A stretch of 64,000 nt of DNA, from assembly GCA_938036315.1 (NCBI GenBank), contig CALHPK010000003.1:52722-116721 (forward strand). Direction: 5' to 3'. This stretch comes from an uncultured bacterium. Its GTDB lineage: Bacteria > Calescibacteriota > Calescibacteriia > Calescibacteriales > Calescibacteriaceae. Of this stretch, positions 34,374-44,102 are shown piece after piece (position 1 is the first letter of the stretch; each line of letters opens with the position of its first letter). The notes beneath the pieces were generated by a model. It did not search any database and had not been told where the DNA came from. It worked only from the letters and a program-made list of their open reading frames with translations. Made by a program: the position numbers and the translations under genes.

Positions 34374-35914
34374 GCATAGGGTTAACTTTTGGCTTTTCAA
34401 TTTTCTTTCTCGCTTTACTTTTGCAAAGCTGCGGTAAAGAAGAAGAAAAATCTGAATTTCTTTGGGGGACTGCTATATCTGGTTTTCAATCAGATATGGG
34501 ACCGGAGGTTCCTCCGGATGTCAATTCTGATTGGTGGGTTTGGATGCATGATGAGAAAAATAGAAAAGAGAAACTTGCTGGTAAAGATATGCCGGAAGAT
34601 GGGCCAGCCTTCTGGAAACACTATAAAGAAGATCTGAAGATGGCAAAGGAAATAGGAACAAACGTTTTCAGGTACAGTATTGAGTGGTCTCGTATATTCC
34701 CGACATCAACAAGAGATATTGAGGTAAAAGTCAAACTTTCAGATAAAGGATATCCGATCGACATAGTTGTAGACCAAGATGCAGTGATGAAACTTTTCCA
34801 AAGAGCAAACAGGGAATCTTTGGAGAAATACAGAGAAATTCTATCTTATGCAAAATCAATAGGTCTGAAGATTTTCCTTACTCTTAATCACTTCACACTT
34901 CCGATTTGGATTCATGACCCGCTAAGCTGTAGAGATTGGTTTGAAGAAAATAGTTCAAGGGGCAGAATAAATATAAATTCTGCTGATATATGCTACGGTA
35001 AACCAGCTGGATGGCTTTCAAATGAAAGTATAATTGAGTTTGCGAAGTTTTCTGCTTTTTCAGCTTGGTATTTTCAAGATCTTGTGGATTGGTGGGGAGC
35101 AATAAATGAACCCGTGGTGGTAGCACAGCTTGGCTATCTTTTGGGGAGAGCTCCATCCCTGGTAGGGTTTGGCTCCTTTCCGCCAGCATGGATTTCTCCA
35201 GATGCTTTCATTAAAGTCCTTGATAACCTAATCCTCGCTTCCGCAATATCTTACAATGTAATTCATACCTTTGATCAGAAGGACTCAGACGGAGACGGTA
35301 TCCCCGCCAAAGTTTCACTCATATATAATATCACGTACTATGAGCCGTACAGTGACTCTGATAATAAAGCCTCTGAAAGCGCTTGGAATCTCCTTGTTTT
35401 TAAGTTCCTCGACGGAGTACTTTTGGGACAAATCTCGGGAAAGAGATATAATGAAATAAAATCAAAAGCAGATATTATTGGTATAAATTATTATAACAGA
35501 GTTAAATTAAGATATCTTGAGATATTCCCAGAAATAGATTTGAGCTTTTTTCCTGCAAGTTCTCTGGAGATCTTTCCAGCTGGCATATATTATGTAGTAA
35601 AGAGGATTTGGGAAAGATACAAAGGTCTTGGGCTTCCCATACTCATCACAGAAAACGGTGTAGCTGACTCATCCGACGAAATAAGGGCTTGGTTCATTGA
35701 GGAACATGCAAATTATGTAAAAAAACTTATCTCAGAAGGCATACCAGTCATAGGGTATTTCTATTGGTCGCTAATTGATAATCTTGAGTGGAATGCAGGA
35801 TACTCTCAAAAATTTGGATTGATAGAAGTAGATTTCAATTCCCCAAACCGTACAAGAAAGTTACGCCAAAGTGCACAGAAATTTTCGGAAATAATTAAAA
35901 AAGGTAAGTTGTAA
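34355..35914 (+). CDS. Glycoside hydrolase family 1 (beta-glucosidase/galactosidase-type) lipoprotein
   Basis: FLWGTAISGFQSD, LNHFTLPIW, acid/base INEP, nucleophile LITENG. Start at 34355 gives a lipoprotein signal MNQNKFSIGLTFGFSIFFLALLLQSC. The ORF-track start at 34304 would overlap fliW. Confidence 0.9.
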   Translation: MNQNKFSIGLTFGFSIFFLALLLQSCGKEEEKSEFLWGTAISGFQSDMGPEVPPDVNSDWWVWMHDEKNRKEKLAGKDMPEDGPAFWKHYKEDLKMAKEIGTNVFRYSIEWSRIFPTSTRDIEVKVKLSDKGYPIDIVVDQDAVMKLFQRANRESLEKYREILSYAKSIGLKIFLTLNHFTLPIWIHDPLSCRDWFEENSSRGRININSADICYGKPAGWLSNESIIEFAKFSAFSAWYFQDLVDWWGAINEPVVVAQLGYLLGRAPSLVGFGSFPPAWISPDAFIKVLDNLILASAISYNVIHTFDQKDSDGDGIPAKVSLIYNITYYEPYSDSDNKASESAWNLLVFKFLDGVLLGQISGKRYNEIKSKADIIGINYYNRVKLRYLEIFPEIDLSFFPASSLEIFPAGIYYVVKRIWERYKGLGLPILITENGVADSSDEIRAWFIEEHANYVKKLISEGIPVIGYFYWSLIDNLEWNAGYSQKFGLIEVDFNSPNRTRKLRQSAQKFSEIIKKGKL

Positions 35915-35936
35915 AGTTAAAAACGACCATCATAGT

Positions 35937-36362
35937 TTATTCACCAAAGCCAACATTAACTTCAGAAGATAGCATTCCCAAAATTTCAATATCTGATCTA
36001 TATGTAGCCAATTTCTGAGCTTCCTTTATATCAACCCATCTTACTTCAATTACTTCATCTGGGGTTTTTATTTTTCCCTCTTCTATAGGTTTCATAAGAT
36101 ACCAAAACACAGTTTTTTTCACACTTTCCCCTACTTTATCTCTGAAAAAGTAAGTACAAGATTTAAGCTCCTTTATTAAGCAAGGTTTTATACCTGTTTC
36201 CTCTTCAACCTCCCGCAATGCTGCCTCTTCTTTGCTCTCTCCTTTTTCTATGTGTCCTTTTGGAAATGTCCAGACTTCCTTTCCGGCTAAGGATCTAACC
36301 TTTATCATAAGTACTTTCCCATCCTTGACCAAAATTCCCCCAGCTGAAAATTCTCTCTTCAT
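35937..36362 (-). CDS. NUDIX hydrolase
   Basis: 141 aa. Complete Nudix box GHIEKGESKEEAALREVEEETGI. Confidence 0.9.
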   Translation of the reverse strand: MKREFSAGGILVKDGKVLMIKVRSLAGKEVWTFPKGHIEKGESKEEAALREVEEETGIKPCLIKELKSCTYFFRDKVGESVKKTVFWYLMKPIEEGKIKTPDEVIEVRWVDIKEAQKLATYRSDIEILGMLSSEVNVGFGE

Positions 36363-36534
36363 ACTAAAACTATAATGCTTCTCCTATTCCATCACGTTTT
36401 TTATCAAACATTCATATACCTGAAAAACAGAAATTTTGTAGATACCTAAAAGACAGAAGTCTTATAAACTTTTGTTAAAATCGCAAAATACTCATCAAAA
36501 TTATAAAAAATAAGAAGAAGGAGGGTTCAGGATA

Positions 36535-37578
36535 ATGAGCAGTAATCAGGTCAGGAAAACACTAAAAGAATTAGGATTACCTCTTCTTCCTACTACATCT
36601 GTGGGAAGTTTACCTAAGCCCGAATATATAAAGGAGGCAAGGAGAAACAAGCTGTCAAGTAGGGAGTTAAGGAAACTTGAAGATAAAGCAACAGCTGAAT
36701 GGATTGCTTTTCAAGAAGAAGCAGGAATAGATGTCATAGTTGATGGAGAAATATACAGAGGGGATATGGTTACCTTTTTTGCAGAGAATCTGGATGGATT
36801 CAAAATGAGCGGACTTGTTCGCTCCTATGGGAACAGATACTACATAAAGCCAAGAATAGTTGGGAAGATCAAATGGAAAAAACCTATAACGGTAGATAGA
36901 TGGGAATTTGCCCAAAGCCTAACTAAAAAACCAGTCAAAGGTATGCTTACAGGTCCATATACTATGATGGACTGGTCATTTGATGAGCATTATAGGAGTA
37001 GAGAAAAGACATGCATAGCATTTGCGAAGGAGCTGAGAAAAGAAGTTATTGCTTTAGCGGAAGCTGGAGCCAAGATAATTCAGATAGATGAACCTGCAAT
37101 ATCAACTCGGCCGGCTGAATTTGGAATAGCCAAAGAGGCCTTAGAAATTATGACAGATGGACTCAAAGGAGTATACTTCATAACTCACATATGCTACGGC
37201 GCATTCGAATTTGTATACCCACAAATTCTGAAGCTACCAATTCACAACATAGATCTTGAAATGTCAAACTCCGAGCTAGACCTTGTCGAACTATTCAAAA
37301 AATACCCGTTCACAAAAGATATATCATTCGGAGTTGTTGATTCCCACTCGCATATAATCGAAGATGTTGAAAAAATAAAAGCAAGAATAAAAAAAGCGTT
37401 GGAGGTTCTGAAACCTGAACAAATATGGGTCGACCCCGATTGCGGACTTAAAACAAGAACAGAAGAAGAAGCAAAAGGGAAACTTATAAATATGGTAAAA
37501 GCTACAAAAGAGATAAGAGAAGAACTGCTCAAGAGCTCTTCGCCCTCAGAAATGATGAGAATAGAAAAAAGAACATAA
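36535..37578 (+). CDS. Cobalamin-independent methionine synthase, short (MetE C-terminal-domain-only) type
   Basis: 347 aa. TTSVGSLPKP, HICYG, DPDCGLKTR (zinc ligand pattern). AAGGAGGG Shine-Dalgarno. Confidence 0.85.
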   Translation: MSSNQVRKTLKELGLPLLPTTSVGSLPKPEYIKEARRNKLSSRELRKLEDKATAEWIAFQEEAGIDVIVDGEIYRGDMVTFFAENLDGFKMSGLVRSYGNRYYIKPRIVGKIKWKKPITVDRWEFAQSLTKKPVKGMLTGPYTMMDWSFDEHYRSREKTCIAFAKELRKEVIALAEAGAKIIQIDEPAISTRPAEFGIAKEALEIMTDGLKGVYFITHICYGAFEFVYPQILKLPIHNIDLEMSNSELDLVELFKKYPFTKDISFGVVDSHSHIIEDVEKIKARIKKALEVLKPEQIWVDPDCGLKTRTEEEAKGKLINMVKATKEIREELLKSSSPSEMMRIEKRT

Positions 37579-38551
37579 TCCAAGCTACCCCCTGATGCAA
37601 AACTCCTAAGATCAGGGGAATATCACCTCGCGAATTTATAAGAGTGAAGACACCCAATGTAAACTGTAAAACCCAAATAGAAATAAGAATAGCTCCCCAC
37701 CGTTTATCAAATTTCAAAACTATAACAAAAATAATCAATAAAACAAACGGTAAATATCTGTGAAAGAAGTTCGAAAAAACAGGATTATCTAATGGATTGA
37801 TAAAAAGTCCCTCAGGTATAATTTTTCCATTGAAATCTGGCCATGTTGGAGCTATGAGGGCTGCTTTTTGTCCAGCCACCAGCGTCCCCAAAAATACTTG
37901 AAGCAGAAAAACAAAAAGTCCGATAGCTAAAACTGTTCTTAATCTTGCACCAGTTGTATTAGAACTTAAATTATTTATAATCTTACGTAATTTTCTATTA
38001 TCTGTAATTGTTTTATATAAATCATTATCAGTTTTATGTATACCCCATAAAGTATAAGCAAAGATAAACAAGGCAAATAGGTTATGAAAAGCAAGGAAAA
38101 TTGGTGACACAAAAGGTCTGGGTTCCACTACACCAGTTCTGACCATAAGCCACCCTACAGTTCCCTGAGCGAAAATAAGTAAAGTCAGCACTCCCCAATA
38201 TAATTTCCAGAATCTTCTACCTTTCGAAACTAGTAAGTACAAAAACACCCCAATAATGTATATCCCCAGAAATCTTCCCAGTAGCCTGTGAAAATATTCT
38301 ATAAGGTATATCTTTTTGAAATTTTCCAGTGTAATTCCTTTATGTATAAGCTCATATTGAGCTATTTTCTTGTAACTTTCAAATTCTTTCTCCCACTGAC
38401 TTTGAGAAAGTGGAGGTAAAATTCCAGTTATCAGTTTCCACTCTGTAATGGCAAGTCCAGCCTTTGAAAGACGAACTACTCCTCCAACTAGAACCATAGT
38501 AAATATCGAAATAGCTGCCACAGAGATAAGTATCTTTATAACACGCTCCAT
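37529..38551 (-). CDS. ctaA: Heme A synthase (COX15/CtaA)
   Basis: 340 aa polytopic protein. GGVVRLSKAGLAITEWKLITGILPPLSQSQWEKEFESYKK matches the COX15 N-terminal signature. Confidence 0.85.
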   Translation of the reverse strand: MERVIKILISVAAISIFTMVLVGGVVRLSKAGLAITEWKLITGILPPLSQSQWEKEFESYKKIAQYELIHKGITLENFKKIYLIEYFHRLLGRFLGIYIIGVFLYLLVSKGRRFWKLYWGVLTLLIFAQGTVGWLMVRTGVVEPRPFVSPIFLAFHNLFALFIFAYTLWGIHKTDNDLYKTITDNRKLRKIINNLSSNTTGARLRTVLAIGLFVFLLQVFLGTLVAGQKAALIAPTWPDFNGKIIPEGLFINPLDNPVFSNFFHRYLPFVLLIIFVIVLKFDKRWGAILISIWVLQFTLGVFTLINSRGDIPLILGVLHQGVAWIMFFFLFSSFLRAKSS

Positions 38552-38642
38552 ATGACAGAGAAAAGCAGAGCTTCTGAATAAGTTAGTGTTAAGAGTTTAT
38601 GAGGAAGCAAAATTCCGACTTACTTTTCTATATTTCTATATT

Positions 38643-39728
38643 TCAGATCACCTTTCTTTTCCTTCTTATAAACGATGGTATATCATAAAAATCTTTACTA
38701 CTTTCCCCGATTTCAGAGATAGAATCAGCTCTGCGAGCGGTTCCCTCTTGCTGGAGAATGGATATCTTCTCACTTAACCCTGTAGCTATAACAGTAACCT
38801 TAACTTTATCTCCGAGATTCTCATCTATTGACACGCCAAAAATTATATTTGCTTCCTCTGCAACCTTTTCTCTTATAGCCTCTGCTGCCTCTTTCGCTTC
38901 AAACAGTGATAATTCTTCATTACCAGCAATGCACAAAAGAACGTTAGAAGCTCCGTCTATTTTTATGTCCCCATCAAGTAATGGATTTTCTATTGCCATT
39001 CGAGCTGCTTTGACTGCTCTACCCTCCTTTGTTGATTCATCACTTTCTCCCATACCAATTAGAGCATATCCCTTATTCTGCATTACAGCTTTAACATCGG
39101 CAAAATCTATGTTTATGAGTGCAGGAACTGTGATAAGTTCGGTTATTGACTTGACAGCTCTAACCAGAACATTATCTATAAGCTTAAAACTTTCTCTTAC
39201 CGATGCATTTTTGCCGCAGATTTCAAACAATTTATCGTTAGATATGATTATAAGGGTATCAACATAATTTTTCAGTAATTCGAGTCCGTGTATGGCATTT
39301 TCCATCCTACGCCTTCCTTCAAAAAAGAATGGTTTTGTAACCACGGCAACAGTTAGTGCGCCAATTTCTTCCTTTGCAATCTGCGCAACCACTGGGATAG
39401 CACCTGTACCAGTGCCTCCACCCATACCTGCTGCTAAAAAGACCATATCTGAACCAGCAAGGATCTCCTTTATTTTGTCAGCATCTTCCTCTGCAGATTT
39501 CCTTCCTATCTCTGGATTTCCACCAGCCCCAAGTCCCCTGGTGAGTTTACTTCCTATCTGAAGTCTGATATGAGCTTTGTTCAATGAAAGAACCTGTGCA
39601 TCTGTGTTTATGGACACAAGTTCTGCACCTTCTATTCCGACCTCACTTAGTGAATTTACAATATTTCCCCCTGCGCCACCTACTCCCACAACCTTTATCA
39701 CCGGTCTGAATTCATTAAAACTATCCAT
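38643..39728 (-). CDS. ftsZ: Cell division GTPase FtsZ
   Basis: 361 aa. VVGVGGAGGN and the tubulin signature GMGGGTGTGA. Confidence 0.97.
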   Translation of the reverse strand: MDSFNEFRPVIKVVGVGGAGGNIVNSLSEVGIEGAELVSINTDAQVLSLNKAHIRLQIGSKLTRGLGAGGNPEIGRKSAEEDADKIKEILAGSDMVFLAAGMGGGTGTGAIPVVAQIAKEEIGALTVAVVTKPFFFEGRRRMENAIHGLELLKNYVDTLIIISNDKLFEICGKNASVRESFKLIDNVLVRAVKSITELITVPALINIDFADVKAVMQNKGYALIGMGESDESTKEGRAVKAARMAIENPLLDGDIKIDGASNVLLCIAGNEELSLFEAKEAAEAIREKVAEEANIIFGVSIDENLGDKVKVTVIATGLSEKISILQQEGTARRADSISEIGESSKDFYDIPSFIRRKRKVI

Positions 39729-39740
39729 ATCAGATACCTC

Positions 39741-40979
39741 CTATGAAAACAAAAATGCGAACCATTGCTTTACCTTTTCACGAAAACGAGAGAAAAATCC
39801 CTTCCCAGATGAATATGGAGTTGATTCGTAAACAGGAGCATTCTTATTTGCGTAGATAACTAGACCAACAGCAGTTGAAAAGATTGGGTTTTCGACTTCT
39901 GTCATACCAGAAATATCATGCGGGTAACCAATCCTTACTGGAATTCCCAATATCTTTTCTGCTATATCTTCAATAAATGGTAAGGAAGAAGTTCCACCTG
40001 TCAGTACCGCGTTTCTTATGAATTTTGGGAACGGACTTGAATCCAGCCCAACCTTAACTCTGTCGAAAATTTCTTCAAGCCTCAATTGAATAACCTCTGC
40101 TAGCTCCTTTCTTGATATATCAACAAGCTGACTTGGGCCAGCCCTCTTTATTCCCTGAATTATCTCTCTTTCTGTAACTCTATTTGCATTCGCTACGCCG
40201 TATTTTTTCTTCACATCCTCAGCGGTAGCTCGAGATATTCCAAATCTCAAAGCTATATCACTGGTAATATGGTTTCCCCCCAGATCGACCTCAACTGTAT
40301 GAACAAGACTGTTGTTATAGAAAACTGCTACATCTGTTGTTCCTCCGCCTATGTCAATAAGTACTGTTCCTATTTCCATTTCTTCTGGATATAATACTGC
40401 TTCTGCGGATGCAATAGACTGCAGTACTATATTTCTAACATTCAATCCTACCCTTTCACAAGCTCTTATCAGATTTTTTATGGCATGGAGATTTCCTGTT
40501 ATGATATATATATTTGCTTTGAGTCTTCTTCCATACATGCCCACGGGTTTGAGGATATGTCTCTGATCATCTACTACAAATTCCTGAGGAATTATATGGA
40601 TTATCTGTTTATCTGGTGAGATGTTATTTATTTTGGCGCTATCTATAACTCTTTTTACATCGCGCTCTGTTATAACACCTGTTGGTGTAGTAACTATTCC
40701 TTCAGAGCTAAATCCACTTATATGTTCACCAGCGATACCAATTATCACATCTTCAAGTTTAGTATCTATCATCTGCTCAGCCTCAGAAATAGATTTTTCT
40801 ATAGTTTGAGATAGCCGTTCTATATCATATACCATCCCTTTTTTCATACCTTGTGATGGAGCTAACCCCATTCCAACTATTGAAAGCCCTGAATCTGTTC
40901 TCTCTGCGACGACTGTGCAAACTTTTGTCGTACCTATATCAAGCCCTACGATGTACCCTTTCTCACTTCCGCCTTTCAT
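39741..40979 (-). CDS. ftsA: Cell division protein FtsA
   Basis: 412 aa. GLDIGTTKV and DIGGGTTD actin-fold motifs. Immediately upstream of ftsZ. Confidence 0.95.
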   Translation of the reverse strand: MKGGSEKGYIVGLDIGTTKVCTVVAERTDSGLSIVGMGLAPSQGMKKGMVYDIERLSQTIEKSISEAEQMIDTKLEDVIIGIAGEHISGFSSEGIVTTPTGVITERDVKRVIDSAKINNISPDKQIIHIIPQEFVVDDQRHILKPVGMYGRRLKANIYIITGNLHAIKNLIRACERVGLNVRNIVLQSIASAEAVLYPEEMEIGTVLIDIGGGTTDVAVFYNNSLVHTVEVDLGGNHITSDIALRFGISRATAEDVKKKYGVANANRVTEREIIQGIKRAGPSQLVDISRKELAEVIQLRLEEIFDRVKVGLDSSPFPKFIRNAVLTGGTSSLPFIEDIAEKILGIPVRIGYPHDISGMTEVENPIFSTAVGLVIYANKNAPVYESTPYSSGKGFFSRFREKVKQWFAFLFS

Positions 40980-41016
40980 AAAATTTTACCTCCTTCCAAA
41001 AGATGTATACATAGAA

Positions 41017-41754
41017 TTATTTTACAAAAATTTTTCCATCTCCGCGCATATCAATTTCGCTGATCGATCTGTCAGAAAGTTCATCTAGGAATTTTACAAA
41101 TCTATGAAAAGCGTTCTCAAAATTATCCCTTGGGAAAACCGCTTTATATCCATCCCTCAGATAAACTTCTAAGGAGAAATCAAGACACACAATCTGATCG
41201 GGATTGATCTTCTCAGCTAAAGTTTTAATCTGACTGATAATATCCTTAATATTACAACGCGATGATTCAATCTTTATAAAAGGCAAGTAATTGAGCTTGA
41301 GCTCATAAATTTTTGAAATCGATATTGGTTCTGAAAGTTTATCTCCATTGTCTGAAACCAGAAAAACATAACCATTTTCAGCTAAAAAACCAATTGGTTT
41401 AACCGCTTCAAATTCTATAAGTACAAGATCTGGGAAGCGAAAATCGACATGGCATAGGACTGTCCATATACTTTTCTGACATGCGGAATGTAAAAGAGAA
41501 AAAAATCCGAGCATATCAACAAAACTAAATCTACCGGTCAAATTAATTCCGGTATCCTCAAGCTGAATTCTTGAAAAAATATCCTTTTTTACAATTTCTG
41601 AGATTCGCAAAGATGCTCCTTCAATTCGTATTCTAAATATATCAAATTTTACAAAAAGCGGAACAGATGCAAATAACAAAAAAAACAAGAGAGAAAAAAA
41701 AGGTACAAAGAGCATTTCTTTATACGTACAAGAAAAGAAACGAGGGAAATTCAT
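41017..41754 (-). CDS. ftsQ: FtsQ/DivIB-like cell division protein
   Basis: 245 aa with a single N-terminal TM segment, positioned directly upstream of ftsA-ftsZ. Assignment rests mainly on synteny. Confidence 0.6.
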   Translation of the reverse strand: MNFPRFFSCTYKEMLFVPFFSLLFFLLFASVPLFVKFDIFRIRIEGASLRISEIVKKDIFSRIQLEDTGINLTGRFSFVDMLGFFSLLHSACQKSIWTVLCHVDFRFPDLVLIEFEAVKPIGFLAENGYVFLVSDNGDKLSEPISISKIYELKLNYLPFIKIESSRCNIKDIISQIKTLAEKINPDQIVCLDFSLEVYLRDGYKAVFPRDNFENAFHRFVKFLDELSDRSISEIDMRGDGKIFVK

Positions 41755-41902
41755 ATCATAATTTTACAAATCAGAAAGTAATTGTGCAATGCTTTTATAG
41801 ATGAGATTTAGCATGTAATAGTCAGCATCTCAGATCTGCTCTTAATTGTAGCAGGCTAAATTTTCTCGGTCTTTAATCTTTATAAGATTTGAATTTTCAG
41901 GC

Positions 41903-43975
41903 TCACTGTATAAATGTTGGAACCTTTAGAGCGTCGATAACTGGAATTATTGTCTTTTGTCCATCCGCACCTATTTCTTCAACAATAGCAAACATACCTC
42001 GCATACTTACTACTTCCTCATCAAAACTCTTCATAACCACATCTTTTATTTCCAAGACATCAGTAGCTACAAGACCGACTTCAGCATATTTCCCTTCACC
42101 CTCCAGAATCAATATGAAAAATTTTTGATTCATAAGCTCATCTATAGATGTACTGCCTTTGCCAAGAATCTCATCAATGGTAACAAGCGGGAACTCTCTT
42201 CCACCCATCACTGCAACTGGTCTACCCTGCATTGTCTTCAGTACTATTCTGTCATCTTCAGGATAATAAACTTCTGTTCTTTGCACAGAAGATAACAAAA
42301 TTGCATACCTTTTCCCTCTCCAATCAAGTATAACCGCTTCGACAACTATCTTAGCAACTGGAATTTTCACAACAAAAGAAGTTCCTTCCCCAACTTCAGA
42401 GTGAATCTCTATTTTTCCTTTTATGCTGTGAATTTCTTTCTGAACCTCATCAAGTCCTGCTCCTCTTCCAGCACTCTTATCTGTTGAGTCCTTAGTTGAA
42501 AATCCAGGCAAGAATAGTAATTTGAAGACTTTCTCTTTTATCCAATTTCCATCTGCCCCTTTAAAGCTGGCCTCAGAAGTACCTAATCCATATGAGAAAG
42601 CTAATTCCGGAAATCTTTTACTCCATTCCAGATACTTCTCCACAACAACTTTAGGATCAATCCCTTTTCCATCATCTCGTATCTCTATAGTTATATATCC
42701 GCTTTTTTTTTCAGCACTTATTGTAATTTGTCCTTTTGGTGGTTTCCCCTTTTTAACTCTTTCTTCTGGATACTCTATACCGTGTGCTACGGCGTTTCTG
42801 GCTATGTGCAAAAGCACATTTCTTATTTTTCTCGCTATTTCCGAATCTATTTCTATATTTCCCCAACTTTGTTTAACTTCTACAAGTTTTCCAAGCTGTG
42901 CAGCTGTGACTTCAACATCTCTGACAACACCCCTGAGTATATCTGAAATTGGGAGCATCCGCATCTCTAAGACGATATCCTGAAGCTCTCTCATTCTTCT
43001 TTCAAGATCAGCAACACTATCGCGTAGCCTCTGTTCGACTTCCAGATTCTTTGATTCCTCAACAATGCTAGAAAGCGATGAGCGTATAATATTCTTTGAA
43101 ATCACCATATCACTGATTATACTCATTATCTTCTCCACATCTTCTATATCGACTCTCAAAGATGTCTTCTGCTGTGAAATTGTTGATCGAACTTTTCTAG
43201 GCATCCATAGCACATAAGATTTTGCTATTTTCTCAAGCTTAGATATATCTACTCCATCTTTTGACGGGACAACAATAAAGTTGAAGATCATCTGATCTCC
43301 TTCTACTTTGGTGACAACAGAAATTATCTCAAAATTTTCAGCTCTTATTTTTTCCATAATTTTTCTTGCCTCTTCATCAAAATCCGCTTCCATAGATAAT
43401 TTTATAAAAGAGCAAAAAACAGCTTTGCCCTGGTCTATGCTTTTTTTCAGAGCGCTAAGCTCTGAGTCCGATAATTCTTCTATAAGAGCGATACCATTCT
43501 CATCTGTAATAAGGTTCTTCAACTGAGATCTAATATCTTCCTTTTCTTTCTTTTTATCTTGTGGACGCGTCTCCTCTTTTTGCGCGCGTAAGACTTTAAC
43601 TTTGGAAGCTTGAAACTGATCAACTTTTATCTCAATAAAGGTATCTGATTCTGCATCCATAGCCTCAAGCTGTCCCAGAGCATCCTCCACTACAGAAATG
43701 ATCGCTATAACTTCAGCTATGACGTCCTCAGTAATTGCACTCTCTCCATCTCTTATTTTGACAAACCTGTCTTCAAGGCTGTGAAACACATCTCCAATCT
43801 TCATGTAGCCAACACTGTAAGAATTACCTTTTAGAGTATGAAACTTTCTCACTATATCGTTTATTATCTCTGGGGGGACATCATCTACGTTATTCTTTAT
43901 TGCCTCAAATTGTTCTATCAGAGACCTTAAGATTTCTTCTGCTTCATCAAAGTATGCCTTCAATAGCTCATTCAT
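41903..43975 (-). CDS. cheA: Chemotaxis histidine kinase CheA
   Basis: 690 aa. HPt motif FHTLKGNS, HATPase boxes DDGKGID and GRGAGLDEV, C-terminal CheW-like domain. Confidence 0.95.
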   Translation of the reverse strand: MNELLKAYFDEAEEILRSLIEQFEAIKNNVDDVPPEIINDIVRKFHTLKGNSYSVGYMKIGDVFHSLEDRFVKIRDGESAITEDVIAEVIAIISVVEDALGQLEAMDAESDTFIEIKVDQFQASKVKVLRAQKEETRPQDKKKEKEDIRSQLKNLITDENGIALIEELSDSELSALKKSIDQGKAVFCSFIKLSMEADFDEEARKIMEKIRAENFEIISVVTKVEGDQMIFNFIVVPSKDGVDISKLEKIAKSYVLWMPRKVRSTISQQKTSLRVDIEDVEKIMSIISDMVISKNIIRSSLSSIVEESKNLEVEQRLRDSVADLERRMRELQDIVLEMRMLPISDILRGVVRDVEVTAAQLGKLVEVKQSWGNIEIDSEIARKIRNVLLHIARNAVAHGIEYPEERVKKGKPPKGQITISAEKKSGYITIEIRDDGKGIDPKVVVEKYLEWSKRFPELAFSYGLGTSEASFKGADGNWIKEKVFKLLFLPGFSTKDSTDKSAGRGAGLDEVQKEIHSIKGKIEIHSEVGEGTSFVVKIPVAKIVVEAVILDWRGKRYAILLSSVQRTEVYYPEDDRIVLKTMQGRPVAVMGGREFPLVTIDEILGKGSTSIDELMNQKFFILILEGEGKYAEVGLVATDVLEIKDVVMKSFDEEVVSMRGMFAIVEEIGADGQKTIIPVIDALKVPTFIQ

Positions 43976-44102
43976 ACATCCGCCTTGCTGGGAAACTATT
44001 TATTATAAAGCTCTTATCTAAAATTTAATCTCGGAAAAGCCTCAGGAATAAATTATCTCAAAATAAGAATCTTTATGAATAATACATAAGATAAACAATA
44101 GA

